Shown piece after piece: positions 1 through 8,119 of a stretch of 64,000 nt of DNA (position 1 is its first letter; each line of letters opens with the position of its first letter). The DNA is from Parcubacteria bacterium C7867-001 (GTDB taxonomy: Bacteria > Patescibacteriota > Minisyncoccia > Phycocordibacterales > Phycocordibacteraceae). Below the pieces are notes generated by a model. That model did no database searches, was not told where the DNA came from, and worked only from the letters and a program-made list of their open reading frames with translations. The stretch is taken from assembly GCA_001189095.1 (NCBI GenBank), contig LFCK01000001.1, positions 84,485-148,484 on the forward strand, in the 5' to 3' direction. The translations under genes were made by a program, and so were the position numbers.

Positions 1-1205
1 AAGCGGAGCGTCACGGCACCCGTATCGAAGACGCTCGTGCCGCCGCCGGTGCGGTCGGTCACTGAGACGTTATCGAGCGTGAGCGTGCCATTTCGATTAA
101 TGAGATGAAAGACGCGCACGCTCTGCGTGCCTGCGGGCACGGAGAAATTAGCGCTGGTGGTGGCCCAGGATGCCGTTGCCGGTGCGACGAGCAGATCCTG
201 ATATGCAAAGGTGCCGTCGGCGCGTTTCAGCTCAAGCGTGAGATACGTTGGGATAGTCGCTGTGTATTCGTCTGTATAGGTGTAATTGCCAGAAGGTAAG
301 GAGAGCGGAGTGAAGGCCCATTTCGCATCACCCGAGGTCCAGCCGTTTATCGTAATTTGTGCAGCGCGGTCTCCATTTGAGCCTGTCACTGGATAAGAAA
401 AGGTAGTGGTACTGGTTCCCCATCTGCCCTTCGTCCATGAGTCGGGTACTGCGCTGCCCGTTTCAAATCCTGAGTTTGCGACGTAGTTATCTCCGCCGCT
501 TGAATTCACCTCAGTAAGAGAATAGGTGTCAGTCGTAAGGGTGCCGTTGCTTTTAATGAGGTGGAAAATGGTGGCGGAGACCGCGCCGGTAGGCGCGGTG
601 AACTGGCCGGACGCAGTAGAGAAGCTGGAGTTTGCCGGAAGCGTCAGAAAATCTTTATACGCATACGTCCCATCCTGCATTTTAAATTCTGCGGTCACGA
701 TGCTCTGCGTACTTGCCTGATACTGGTCGGAAAACTGATAGGTCGTACCGCCTGAGACGGGCACATGCTCAAAGAACCATTTCGCATCCCCGTTCGTGTA
801 GTTTGATAGCTGTACGCGAATGCCATTTCCCGAGGAGCCCGGAGCTGGGTAGGTGAGTGTGCGTGTATTCGTGCCATATCCGCCTTTTCGCCAAGACGCT
901 GGAGCGTCCCCGCTCCCTGCGGTTTCAAGATCCGGATTCGGAATAAGGTTCGGGGGCGTGACCGCCGCGCTTGGCGCGGCGGTACGCGCCGCAGGCTGCG
1001 CCTGCGGCGCCATGAGGTCCTGCAAGAGCTCACTATTTGGTACGCGCAGACGTCCCGGTCCATGCTCGGGCGTCGACGAAGATTCGCTTTTCCCAAGAAG
1101 TTTGGTTAGTACCGGCGCCGCGAACGCCTGCGGACTCCCCGCGAAGAGCAGGCTCGCGGCCACTGTGAGTGCTATGAAAAGTCGCATTAGTCCAGTGTCC
1201 CTCAT
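1..1205 (-). CDS. Secreted protein with two tandem carbohydrate-binding-like domains, probably followed by a polysaccharide deacetylase (partial, runs off window start)
   Basis: Not in the ORF track (no stop in window). Open frame from ATG 1205: signal peptide MRLFIALTVAASLLFAGSPQAFA, then two repeats (NLIPNPDLE..GDAKWFF..FHLIKSNGTLTTD / NYVANSGFE..GDAKWAF..FHLINRNGTLTLD). Ends GAVTLRF, resembling the start of a CE4 'TFDDG' motif. Confidence 0.65.
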   Translation of the reverse strand, partial: MRDTGLMRLFIALTVAASLLFAGSPQAFAAPVLTKLLGKSESSSTPEHGPGRLRVPNSELLQDLMAPQAQPAARTAAPSAAVTPPNLIPNPDLETAGSGDAPASWRKGGYGTNTRTLTYPAPGSSGNGIRVQLSNYTNGDAKWFFEHVPVSGGTTYQFSDQYQASTQSIVTAEFKMQDGTYAYKDFLTLPANSSFSTASGQFTAPTGAVSATIFHLIKSNGTLTTDTYSLTEVNSSGGDNYVANSGFETGSAVPDSWTKGRWGTSTTTFSYPVTGSNGDRAAQITINGWTSGDAKWAFTPLSLPSGNYTYTDEYTATIPTYLTLELKRADGTFAYQDLLVAPATASWATTSANFSVPAGTQSVRVFHLINRNGTLTLDNVSVTDRTGGGTSVFDTGAVTLR

Positions 1206-1309
1206 GAACGCTTAACTAAGCATGAAGAAACGCTGTCACTAGCCAAACCGCTTGTCAACTTCCGCAAGCAGCTCGGAACGTACCGGTTTTGACGGGCTAT
1301 ACTTTTAAT

Positions 1310-1822
1310 ATGAATAACTCGCAAAAGACGGTCGCGATCGGTGCCGCAAGCGGAGTCGTACTGATGGCACTTTCAGTGTGGGGCCTCTCATCCCTCATTC
1401 AGCCGATAGCGGGAATGGAGGAACCGCTTGCGCGGATTATGTTCGCTCTCGGTCTCAATGTTGTCGCAGCGCTCCCGCTTTTTGTCATGATCGCGACCGT
1501 CGGTAATAGTCGCTTCCTGAGCGATGCCATCGATCCCTTGAAGCACAAAGAAAGTAAGGAAATGGAAGTTGATGGGCATGTCGTCGACAACACGCTCCAG
1601 CAAAATTTTGTCTTTTTCGTCGGCACGCTCGCGCTCGCCTCAGTTATTCCGCCTGCGTGCACAAAGGTGCTTATAGCCGTCACCATCGTCTTCGTGGTCG
1701 CTCGGCTCGCGTTCTGGCTCGGCTATCGCATAAACCCGCTCTACCGCGCGCCCGGTATGTCTGCGACCGCCTACATGAACCTTGGCATCCTCCTCACGAC
1801 GCTCTACCTTTTCCTTTTCTAA
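1310..1822 (+). CDS. MAPEG-family membrane protein
   Basis: 4 TM helices, NTLQQ..F and FVVARLAFWLGY motifs. ATG lies 6 nt after TATACT (1298-1303). Confidence 0.7.
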   Translation: MNNSQKTVAIGAASGVVLMALSVWGLSSLIQPIAGMEEPLARIMFALGLNVVAALPLFVMIATVGNSRFLSDAIDPLKHKESKEMEVDGHVVDNTLQQNFVFFVGTLALASVIPPACTKVLIAVTIVFVVARLAFWLGYRINPLYRAPGMSATAYMNLGILLTTLYLFLF

Positions 1823-1824
1823 TC

Positions 1825-2118
1825 ATGGCTGAATACCGTGTTACGTCGAAGGTCGTGCAGTATCCCGGAATGGGCGGCTGGTATTTCGTAGGAGTCGACA
1901 AGAAAACGTCTGCGAAGATAAAGGCGAGCCAGAAAGGGAAGCCAAGGGTCGGCTGGGGTTCGATACGCGTGACCGCGACCATTGGAAAGACGAGCTGGAA
2001 GTCCTCGATTTTCCCCGATGCGAAGTCCGGCACCTACCTCCTTCCGCTTAAGGCAGAAATCCGAAAGAAGGAATCTATCGGCGTTCGGGATACCGTTCGC
2101 CTCGCCCTCGTCTTCTAG
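1825..2118 (+). CDS. DUF1905 domain protein
   Basis: GGWYFV..GWGSIRVTATIGKTSWKSSIFP..YLLPLKAEIRK pattern. Confidence 0.8.
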   Translation: MAEYRVTSKVVQYPGMGGWYFVGVDKKTSAKIKASQKGKPRVGWGSIRVTATIGKTSWKSSIFPDAKSGTYLLPLKAEIRKKESIGVRDTVRLALVF

Positions 2119-2137
2119 CCTGTTCTATACTGTAGGT

Positions 2138-2914
2138 ATGAGTATATTCGAGCGATTCAGTGGCAAGAAATCCAATACGTCAGAGCTCAGTGGCGGCAAA
2201 AAGAAAATGCTTAAGGAGGCTGAAAAAAGCCGCCGCAGCTTCGAACCATTTTTTATCTCTCCTAGCTCAGAGAAAGGGAAGGAAAACGCACTGTGGCGCG
2301 AGTTTGCGCGGGAAGTCGCAGCGCCTACCTCAAAATCGCTCGAGGAGTATGCGCAGAATCCCGCAACTTTTCCGAAGGAGCGGTATGCCCTGCGCGGATT
2401 AATTTCTGCAGACAAGCAGTCACACGATCCAAACGGTACCTACTCTTCACGTGGCTCCTACTCGCTTGAACCTGACTCCGATAATCGTCTCTTTATCGAT
2501 GCGCCGTTTGCGTACTCTCTTCAGTACCTGAGAGATGATGGCGCATGGGAAACGATCACGGTTGCATCTTTTGTACCGGATCTTGAAAAGAAAGTAATTC
2601 TCATCGACCAACTTCAAGGAGGGGACACTCAGCGTGGGCGCGTAACAAATGAGGCGCGCCGAGCACGCATGAAATTCAAGGAACAGCCTGAGCAGATATT
2701 GTTCGATGCTGTTGAAGATCTCGGTCAACGTACTAGCATGCGCGGCATCGGTTTACGCAAAAGCGAAACGATAAAATGGATGACTGTGCAGAACGCGCGC
2801 AAGGAGGGAAAAGTGACTGTCTACGATAAAGTCAGCGACGCGAACGACATGCGCGGGTTTGCTTCGAAAGAATACGACCTCATACCGATATCTCCCAAGC
2901 AGGAAGCAAAGTAA
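2138..2914 (+). CDS. Hypothetical protein (weak VirK/DUF535-like segment)
   Basis: 258-aa ORF, ATG 6 nt after TATACT. ITVASF..ILIDQLQG resembles the VirK/YbjX core. Confidence 0.6.
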   Translation: MSIFERFSGKKSNTSELSGGKKKMLKEAEKSRRSFEPFFISPSSEKGKENALWREFAREVAAPTSKSLEEYAQNPATFPKERYALRGLISADKQSHDPNGTYSSRGSYSLEPDSDNRLFIDAPFAYSLQYLRDDGAWETITVASFVPDLEKKVILIDQLQGGDTQRGRVTNEARRARMKFKEQPEQILFDAVEDLGQRTSMRGIGLRKSETIKWMTVQNARKEGKVTVYDKVSDANDMRGFASKEYDLIPISPKQEAK

Positions 2915-2929
2915 TTTCAAAGCCAGTAT

Positions 2930-2958
2930 TTGACAAATTTATACAGATAATTTATAAT
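2930..2958 (+). promoter_or_regulatory. Consensus sigma70 promoter
   Basis: TTGACA (2930-2935), 17 bp, TATAAT (2953-2958). Confidence 0.85.
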
Positions 2959-2991
2959 TAAAGCGTCCACTCAACAAAAGGGAGAACGGAC

Positions 2992-3369
2992 ATGTTCAAT
3001 ACGAAAGTTGCGCTGGCCGCTGCTGCGGCATTTGCTTTGTGCTTCGGTGTCGCCTCGCTTGCGCCGGCCCATGCGGCGTCCCCCGCGGACGTCCGCAAGG
3101 TCGCGCACATGGTCGAGAACCACGGGTCGTGCGTGAAGCCCGGCTCGACGAGCGACAGCGTGCTGGTCACGATTGACCAGCGCACGTATGCGATCACGTA
3201 CGTGAAGAAGTTCAACGTGATTTCGATATACAGCGCCGGCCTCACTTCGGTGAACGCGCCGATGGACAAAGGTCTGACCGGCATCGCCGACACGGACCAA
3301 GCTGCGTACGACGCGATGATCAAGACGCTCGTGACGAAGCAGCCCGCCTGCGCGGCGCCGAGCGCCTAA
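2992..3369 (+). CDS. Secreted hypothetical protein (cassette type)
   Basis: Signal peptide ending AHA, SD-like GGGAGA, own promoter and downstream hairpin. Confidence 0.75.
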   Translation: MFNTKVALAAAAAFALCFGVASLAPAHAASPADVRKVAHMVENHGSCVKPGSTSDSVLVTIDQRTYAITYVKKFNVISIYSAGLTSVNAPMDKGLTGIADTDQAAYDAMIKTLVTKQPACAAPSA

Positions 3370-3390
3370 CACGCGACAGCTCGAAAGAGC

Positions 3391-3429
3391 AAAAAAGCGG
3401 GCCGACCCAGAGGGTCGGCCCGTATTTTT
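3391..3429. terminator. Bidirectional hairpin terminator
   Basis: AAAAAA-GCGGGCCGACCC-aga-GGGTCGGCCCGT-ATTTTT between convergent genes. Confidence 0.8.
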
Positions 3430-3440
3430 ATACATAGAAT

Positions 3441-4073
3441 TTACACCTTCGCCCTCGTTTGCATGAGAGTCGCGGCGAACTTTCGTTCGGCGATCGTGAG
3501 ATAACCGAATTGCGAATGAAACGAGTCGCCAAACGCTTCTGCTAAGCGATTGTGAAGGCGGCCCGAAAGCAGGTGCTGAAGGTTCGGTGGGAGGCCGAGC
3601 GTTTTTTCGTACTCGTACTCCGTCGCGAAGAGGTTGCGGTAGCCGTTGTACATCGCCGTGAGATCCACGCACTCTTCAGTGGTCTTCAGAGGGTGGTGCA
3701 GCGAATTCAAGACAACATGCGAGCACTCGTGCGAAATCGCCATAGCGACCAAGCCGAAGGGCGCAGTCTCGAGGAAGTTCTTTCTGATAAACATAGAGAG
3801 TTCCATCGAGTTGAATCCAGCGGTGCCGTACATCGGCATCGGATTCGGCATGTTGATCCACGCGAGGCCGGTCGGCTTTCCGCCGGAATTCACGTAGCCA
3901 ATGCGCAGTCTCGGTCCTTGCAGCTTCATGCTGTCGCGGATGAGACCGATCATTTCGGTGTACCGCTTTTTCTTGAAGAGTTCTTCCATCTCGCGGGTGT
4001 CGACCGGTGGTTTCGGTTCCTTGAAGGTACCGCCCAACTGCTTCACCCACATCCGGATTTCATGCTGACGCAT
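3441..4073 (-). CDS. Putative HExxH zinc metallopeptidase-like orphan (cassette type)
   Basis: AISHECSHVVL..TEECVDLTA motif, AAGGAGG SD, TTGACT-16-TATTTT promoter (4128-4101). Confidence 0.65.
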   Translation of the reverse strand: MRQHEIRMWVKQLGGTFKEPKPPVDTREMEELFKKKRYTEMIGLIRDSMKLQGPRLRIGYVNSGGKPTGLAWINMPNPMPMYGTAGFNSMELSMFIRKNFLETAPFGLVAMAISHECSHVVLNSLHHPLKTTEECVDLTAMYNGYRNLFATEYEYEKTLGLPPNLQHLLSGRLHNRLAEAFGDSFHSQFGYLTIAERKFAATLMQTRAKV

Positions 4074-4133
4074 GTCCACCTCCTTGTTTACTCTGGTATG
4101 AAAATAGCACTCGTAGGCGGATAGTCAAGAAAA

Positions 4134-4156
4134 TGGCCGGCGCGAAGCGCCGGCCA
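4134..4156. terminator. GC-rich triloop hairpin
   Basis: TGGCCGGCGC-gaa-GCGCCGGCCA. Confidence 0.8.
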
Positions 4157-4160
4157 AATA

Positions 4161-4598
4161 TCACGAGACCCAGAAGAACTGGAAGAGATTCTCAGGCTCT
4201 TCTTTGCCAATCGGCAGTCTCCGTTCCTCGTCTGTCATGTCGGTGGGAAGGTCTTTGGCTTGCGCCAAGAGAATCCGCTTCATGAGCAGAATTTCGTTTC
4301 GAGAAAAGGACTCCTCGTAAAAGTTGTCCAAATACTCGCTGATGAATTCCTGCGACTGGATGGCTGCAGGCAGGACTCCGCGGCCGTCTTCGGACAGACC
4401 GATGATGTGCACGTGCGGGCCGAAAGTGCTGCAGGGTAGCAGTTCTTTCCGGTGTCCCGGTAGGTGCTTGTAGGGGCAGTCTTTCGAAAGTCCGATCATC
4501 AGCGAATCATCGACGTTCTCCTGTTCGGCAGCGGTTTCCGCCGCGGAGGAGATGTAGAGGAGCAACGGAAGCCCCTCGAGTTCTGGTATTCCGGCCAT
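4161..4598 (-). CDS. Hypothetical acidic protein (cassette type)
   Basis: 145-aa ORF, AGGAAAGGA SD-like, hairpin just past stop. Confidence 0.65.
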   Translation of the reverse strand: MAGIPELEGLPLLLYISSAAETAAEQENVDDSLMIGLSKDCPYKHLPGHRKELLPCSTFGPHVHIIGLSEDGRGVLPAAIQSQEFISEYLDNFYEESFSRNEILLMKRILLAQAKDLPTDMTDEERRLPIGKEEPENLFQFFWVS

Positions 4599-4660
4599 AG
4601 GATTCCTTTCCTTGCTAAGCCGTTTCTAGGGGGACACTACCATGTGGGGTGAGAAAGGGA

Positions 4661-4687
4661 AACGGCCGGCGCAAAGCGCCGGCCGTT
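4661..4687. terminator. GC-rich triloop hairpin
   Basis: AACGGCCGGCGC-aaa-GCGCCGGCCGTT. Confidence 0.8.
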
Positions 4688-4695
4688 GGTTGTAT

Positions 4696-5157
4696 TTAGA
4701 ACGCGTACTGCTCTTTCACGATCTTGCGCGCGTTGCGCTGCGCAAGACAGGAAAGCATCAGATTGCATCCTTTCACTGCGGGGTAAACCGTAAATTCCGA
4801 TTTGAACACCCCCTCGTTCCTGTAGCCGGTAACCAAGCATTCCAAGGTGAACGAGTCGAGCCGAAAGTCTCGAAACTGCTCCTCGAGGCTCGTGAGGATG
4901 CCGTTTGCCACATTCGAGCTGTTCAGGCCATCAGGCAGCTTTGCTCTGACCACTGCGCCCCAGCCGTCGCCCCAGCTGACTTTAGCCCACCATACAGTGA
5001 TGGCAGGAAAGAAATCGTCCACGAGTACCTCAACGAGTTCTTCGTGTGAGGCACGACAGACATGAATAGGACTTATCGGAGTCCAGATGTTGGAGACCTG
5101 CCAGAGCCACGGATACTCCCTGAGGAGCTTCGTTGTGTTGCTTTGTTTCTTGAACAT
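4696..5157 (-). CDS. Hypothetical protein (cassette type)
   Basis: 153-aa ORF, AGGAAGG SD-like, TTGACA at 5266-5261, hairpin downstream. Confidence 0.65.
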   Translation of the reverse strand: MFKKQSNTTKLLREYPWLWQVSNIWTPISPIHVCRASHEELVEVLVDDFFPAITVWWAKVSWGDGWGAVVRAKLPDGLNSSNVANGILTSLEEQFRDFRLDSFTLECLVTGYRNEGVFKSEFTVYPAVKGCNLMLSCLAQRNARKIVKEQYAF

Positions 5158-5285
5158 TTCTTACCTTCCTAGGACATCCGTCCTTTTCAGCCCTCCGGGC
5201 TTCGTAAGGCAGGCCGAGATTGGCCCGTCTAAGGCTCATATAATCCCCACCAGAGGTTCATGTCAACGCAGGTATACTTTCCCTT

Positions 5286-5774
5286 ATGTCTATTCCAAAA
5301 GTAGGGCGCGTAGCGCCCGCATTCAAACTCCTCGATCAGGATGGTCGTCCGCAAGAGCTGAAGAAATTCCTCGGCTCGTGGGTTCTCCTTTATTTCTATC
5401 CAAAAGACGATACGCCAGGATGCACCATCGAGGCGTGCACCATCCGTGATCAGTTCAAAGATTTTAAAAAGATAAAAGCGAGCGTGATCGGCGTTTCGAC
5501 CGACAGCGTTGAGAGTCACCGCAAATTTGCGGACGCGTACGAGCTCCCGTTCACCCTCATTGCAGATACGGAAAAGAAACTCGTGAATAAATACGGCGTT
5601 TGGGGCGAGAAGAATATGATGGGTCGGAAATATATGGGCACGAAGCGCACCTCCTTCCTCATCGACCCGAAAGGGAAGATTGCAAAGGTGTACGAAAGCG
5701 TGAAGCCTCCTGTGCACGCAGCGCAGGTACTTGCTGACCTTAAAGAACTCACCAGTAAGTCAAAAAAGAAATAA
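5286..5774 (+). CDS. bcp: Thioredoxin-dependent peroxiredoxin BCP
   Basis: YFYPKDDTPGCTIEAC motif. ATG 7 nt after TATACT. Confidence 0.95.
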   Translation: MSIPKVGRVAPAFKLLDQDGRPQELKKFLGSWVLLYFYPKDDTPGCTIEACTIRDQFKDFKKIKASVIGVSTDSVESHRKFADAYELPFTLIADTEKKLVNKYGVWGEKNMMGRKYMGTKRTSFLIDPKGKIAKVYESVKPPVHAAQVLADLKELTSKSKKK

Positions 5775-5823
5775 AAAAAGCGCCGCCCCGACAGGGACGG
5801 CGCTCTGAATTTCGGCCGAAGGC

Positions 5824-6384
5824 CTACTCGTTGTTTTTGTTCTTGTTCACGAGCATCATCTCCGGGAGGAGACGCTGGATCGTGTTCGTGTTCTTGCCGT
5901 TGATGTAGATATCGCGCCAGGCGATCCCGATCAGCATCGCGCCGAGCAGCATGAGCCAGATATCGATCGGCTGCTGCTTGGCGATCAGCCAAAGGACCGT
6001 TCCGCCCACCGCGGCGATCGGTGCCCAAGAAATGGTCGAGTCGACGATCGGATTTTCATCCATGCCGACGCGCAGTTTCTCGAACAGTTCAGCGACCACA
6101 AGCGACTGCGCCCACTCGAAGCCTTCCCGAATGATCAGGACGACCGTCATGAACGTAATCGCTTCAGGCACCGTTTGCGGGCGCCAGTCGATGACCAGAG
6201 CGAAGAACACGTACAGCGCCGCAAGCACGAGCGCGGAGCCGCTCCGGCAGAGGAAAGGAAGGACCTTTTTAAGCGAGAAATCGCTCAGGGCCTTCCGGAC
6301 TCCGTGCCAGAACTTCCCGCGCGGCTTAGCCGGCGGAGCTGCAGTTTGAGAAGCGGCCACAGCCGCACCCGGATCGTCAGCCAT
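5824..6384 (-). CDS. Hypothetical membrane protein (cassette type)
   Basis: About 4 TM, AAAGGAGG SD, own promoter, hairpin 5779-5804. Confidence 0.7.
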   Translation of the reverse strand: MADDPGAAVAASQTAAPPAKPRGKFWHGVRKALSDFSLKKVLPFLCRSGSALVLAALYVFFALVIDWRPQTVPEAITFMTVVLIIREGFEWAQSLVVAELFEKLRVGMDENPIVDSTISWAPIAAVGGTVLWLIAKQQPIDIWLMLLGAMLIGIAWRDIYINGKNTNTIQRLLPEMMLVNKNKNNE

Positions 6385-6430
6385 TGCTGACCTCCTTTTC
6401 AACCCTCCCACCAAAGCGGGGAGTTCTACC

Positions 6431-6459
6431 ATTATACTATAAGTGGCCTATAAAGTCAA
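6431..6459 (-). promoter_or_regulatory. Near-consensus sigma70 promoter abutting the upstream cassette's hairpin
   Basis: TTGACT (6459-6454), 17 bp, TATAAT (6436-6431). Confidence 0.8.
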
Positions 6460-6487
6460 ACGGGCTGGCGCAAGGCGCCAGCCCGTT
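6459..6487. terminator. GC-rich triloop hairpin
   Basis: AACGGGCTGGCGC-aag-GCGCCAGCCCGTT. Confidence 0.8.
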
Positions 6488-6490
6488 ATT

Positions 6491-7006
6491 TCAGGCTCCC
6501 TCAGGGACCGTCTGCTCGACGACCTTTGGCCGAGGAGGTTTGGGTGTGCAGGAGATGAAATAGGCGAAGAAGATCATGCCGATACTTCCGATCAGGTCGA
6601 AATATCCGCTAAGCGTCCCGCGCCCAATCTCATGTGGAATAAAAAAGGACGAAAGGACGAGAACGAGGTAGCGAATCACTCGCGTAAGCACCAGCTCGCG
6701 GAGCGGGTTCGCCGAGACAGCTGACGCCGATTGAAGATTTTGATCGGCCTTCTCGAGCTTGTTGATGTTGTCTAAAAAGATCCAACCAATGAGCAGGAGG
6801 AAGGCGACTTCCGAGAGCAAAACGAGCATTGTCTTGTGCAGAGAGTACTGAAGGATAGCCCCAGCCGTGTGGCTGAGAATGACCATCCAGCACCCAATTT
6901 TTGCGAGCCAGAAACAGGACTTGTTTGTCCACGTCCAGAACCAGTCGGCGAATCGTTGGAATATCGAGTCGATAATCCAGTTGTCGATGAGAACGAAAAT
7001 GTTCAT
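6491..7006 (-). CDS. Hypothetical membrane protein (cassette type)
   Basis: 4 TM, GGAG SD, TTGACA-16-TAGTGT (7061-7034). Confidence 0.7.
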   Translation of the reverse strand: MNIFVLIDNWIIDSIFQRFADWFWTWTNKSCFWLAKIGCWMVILSHTAGAILQYSLHKTMLVLLSEVAFLLLIGWIFLDNINKLEKADQNLQSASAVSANPLRELVLTRVIRYLVLVLSSFFIPHEIGRGTLSGYFDLIGSIGMIFFAYFISCTPKPPRPKVVEQTVPEGA

Positions 7007-7103
7007 CTGCTGTCTCCAAAGAGTTCTGCCGAAACACTACACTTTTTGCACCTATTGTCAAAAAAACGGGACCGGACGAAAGTCCGGCCCCGTGGGCGGC
7101 GCG

Positions 7104-7376
7104 CTAGCGCCGACGTCTCTTCTTCCTGTCCTTGAACGACTGCCCGCTCTGAGTGCTTTTAGGCGCTTCAGGAGCCAGCTGCACGGCGGCAGGAATCTTC
7201 GGAATCTCCGGCGCCTTTGGCGCCGGTTTCGCCTCCGAAACCTTCACCGCGGGCATCGCATCGATCGGAAGACCGAGGCGCGCAAGGCGTGCCACAGCCC
7301 CAATGACCGAACCGTCGTCGACCATCAGCACTGCAGAGCTGTCCGGATCCAGAAAGGATTTGGTGGATCTAAGCAT
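7104..7376 (-). CDS. Hypothetical Pro/Lys-rich small protein (cassette type)
   Basis: GGGAG SD, TTGACT-17-TATATT (7457-7429), hairpin 7066-7093. Confidence 0.55.
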   Translation of the reverse strand: MLRSTKSFLDPDSSAVLMVDDGSVIGAVARLARLGLPIDAMPAVKVSEAKPAPKAPEIPKIPAAVQLAPEAPKSTQSGQSFKDRKKRRRR

Positions 7377-7475
7377 TCGCTTTTCTCCCAAAAAGAAACA
7401 AGGATGGCGGCTAAGCCATCACCGCAACAATATAAAATAAAGTAAATAGGGAGTCAAGCGTGTTACCCTTAGGAT

Positions 7476-7715
7476 ATGACCTATTTCGTCTACATCCTCG
7501 AATGCGCGGACGGCACGCTCTACACGGGCTCAACCACGGACCTTGAGCGCCGTCTCGAAGAGCACAACTCATCCGACAAAGGCGCCCGCTACACCCGTAC
7601 TCGCCGCCCTGTGAAGTTTAAATATTCCGAATCCTTCGGCTCTCAGAGCGACGCGCAGCGTCGCGAGTATCAGATAAAACAGCTCACCCGTCCCCAAAAA
7701 CTCGCCCTATTTTGA
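7476..7715 (+). CDS. GIY-YIG nuclease (YhbQ/UPF0213 family)
   Basis: YFVYILECADGTLYTGSTTDLERRLEEHN..GARYTR. Confidence 0.9.
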   Translation: MTYFVYILECADGTLYTGSTTDLERRLEEHNSSDKGARYTRTRRPVKFKYSESFGSQSDAQRREYQIKQLTRPQKLALF

Positions 7716-8111
7716 AGCGCGAATAATTATTACAAGGCTGATAGCAAGATAAACGCCAGCAATCCATTGAGCCGCTATTCCCAGTGAAGGGGTCAAAAAG
7801 TCCATTGATTGATTGGTTGGATAGAAGATGAATATAAGTGCGGCAATCGGGACATACCACTTTGCAAACTTTTTCCACGCCGGTATCGCCTTAGGTACTG
7901 CAAGGAGAAGGGCAAATACAATAGCGAGTGCCCCAAATCCGTAGAATGCCGGAACCCCAATTCGGTCATAAAAATTCAAACAAGCAGGATCTCTTTTCAG
8001 CCCTTCATATATACAAATTCCATACTGGATAGTATGAGTAAAAAGATACCCAATCCCTGCACCGATGAGGGAACCTGTAAGGGCAAACGGAAGATACTTC
8101 TTTAGATTCAT
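7707..8111 (-). CDS. Small multi-TM membrane protein downstream of the lipase
   Basis: 134 aa, 3-4 TM, Cys pair in first loop, starts 8 bp after the lipase stop. Confidence 0.75.
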   Translation of the reverse strand: MNLKKYLPFALTGSLIGAGIGYLFTHTIQYGICIYEGLKRDPACLNFYDRIGVPAFYGFGALAIVFALLLAVPKAIPAWKKFAKWYVPIAALIFIFYPTNQSMDFLTPSLGIAAQWIAGVYLAISLVIIIRASK

Positions 8112-8119
8112 CTGTTTTA

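Noticed and set aside
5178..5191. 14-bp match CCGTCCTTTTCAGC to the foldback element (33152-33165)
   Set aside because: Single short match without the rest of the element; may be chance.
7476..7715. GIY-YIG as homing endonuclease mobilising the adjacent island
   Set aside because: 79-aa stand-alone YhbQ-type protein with no DNA-binding extension or intron context.
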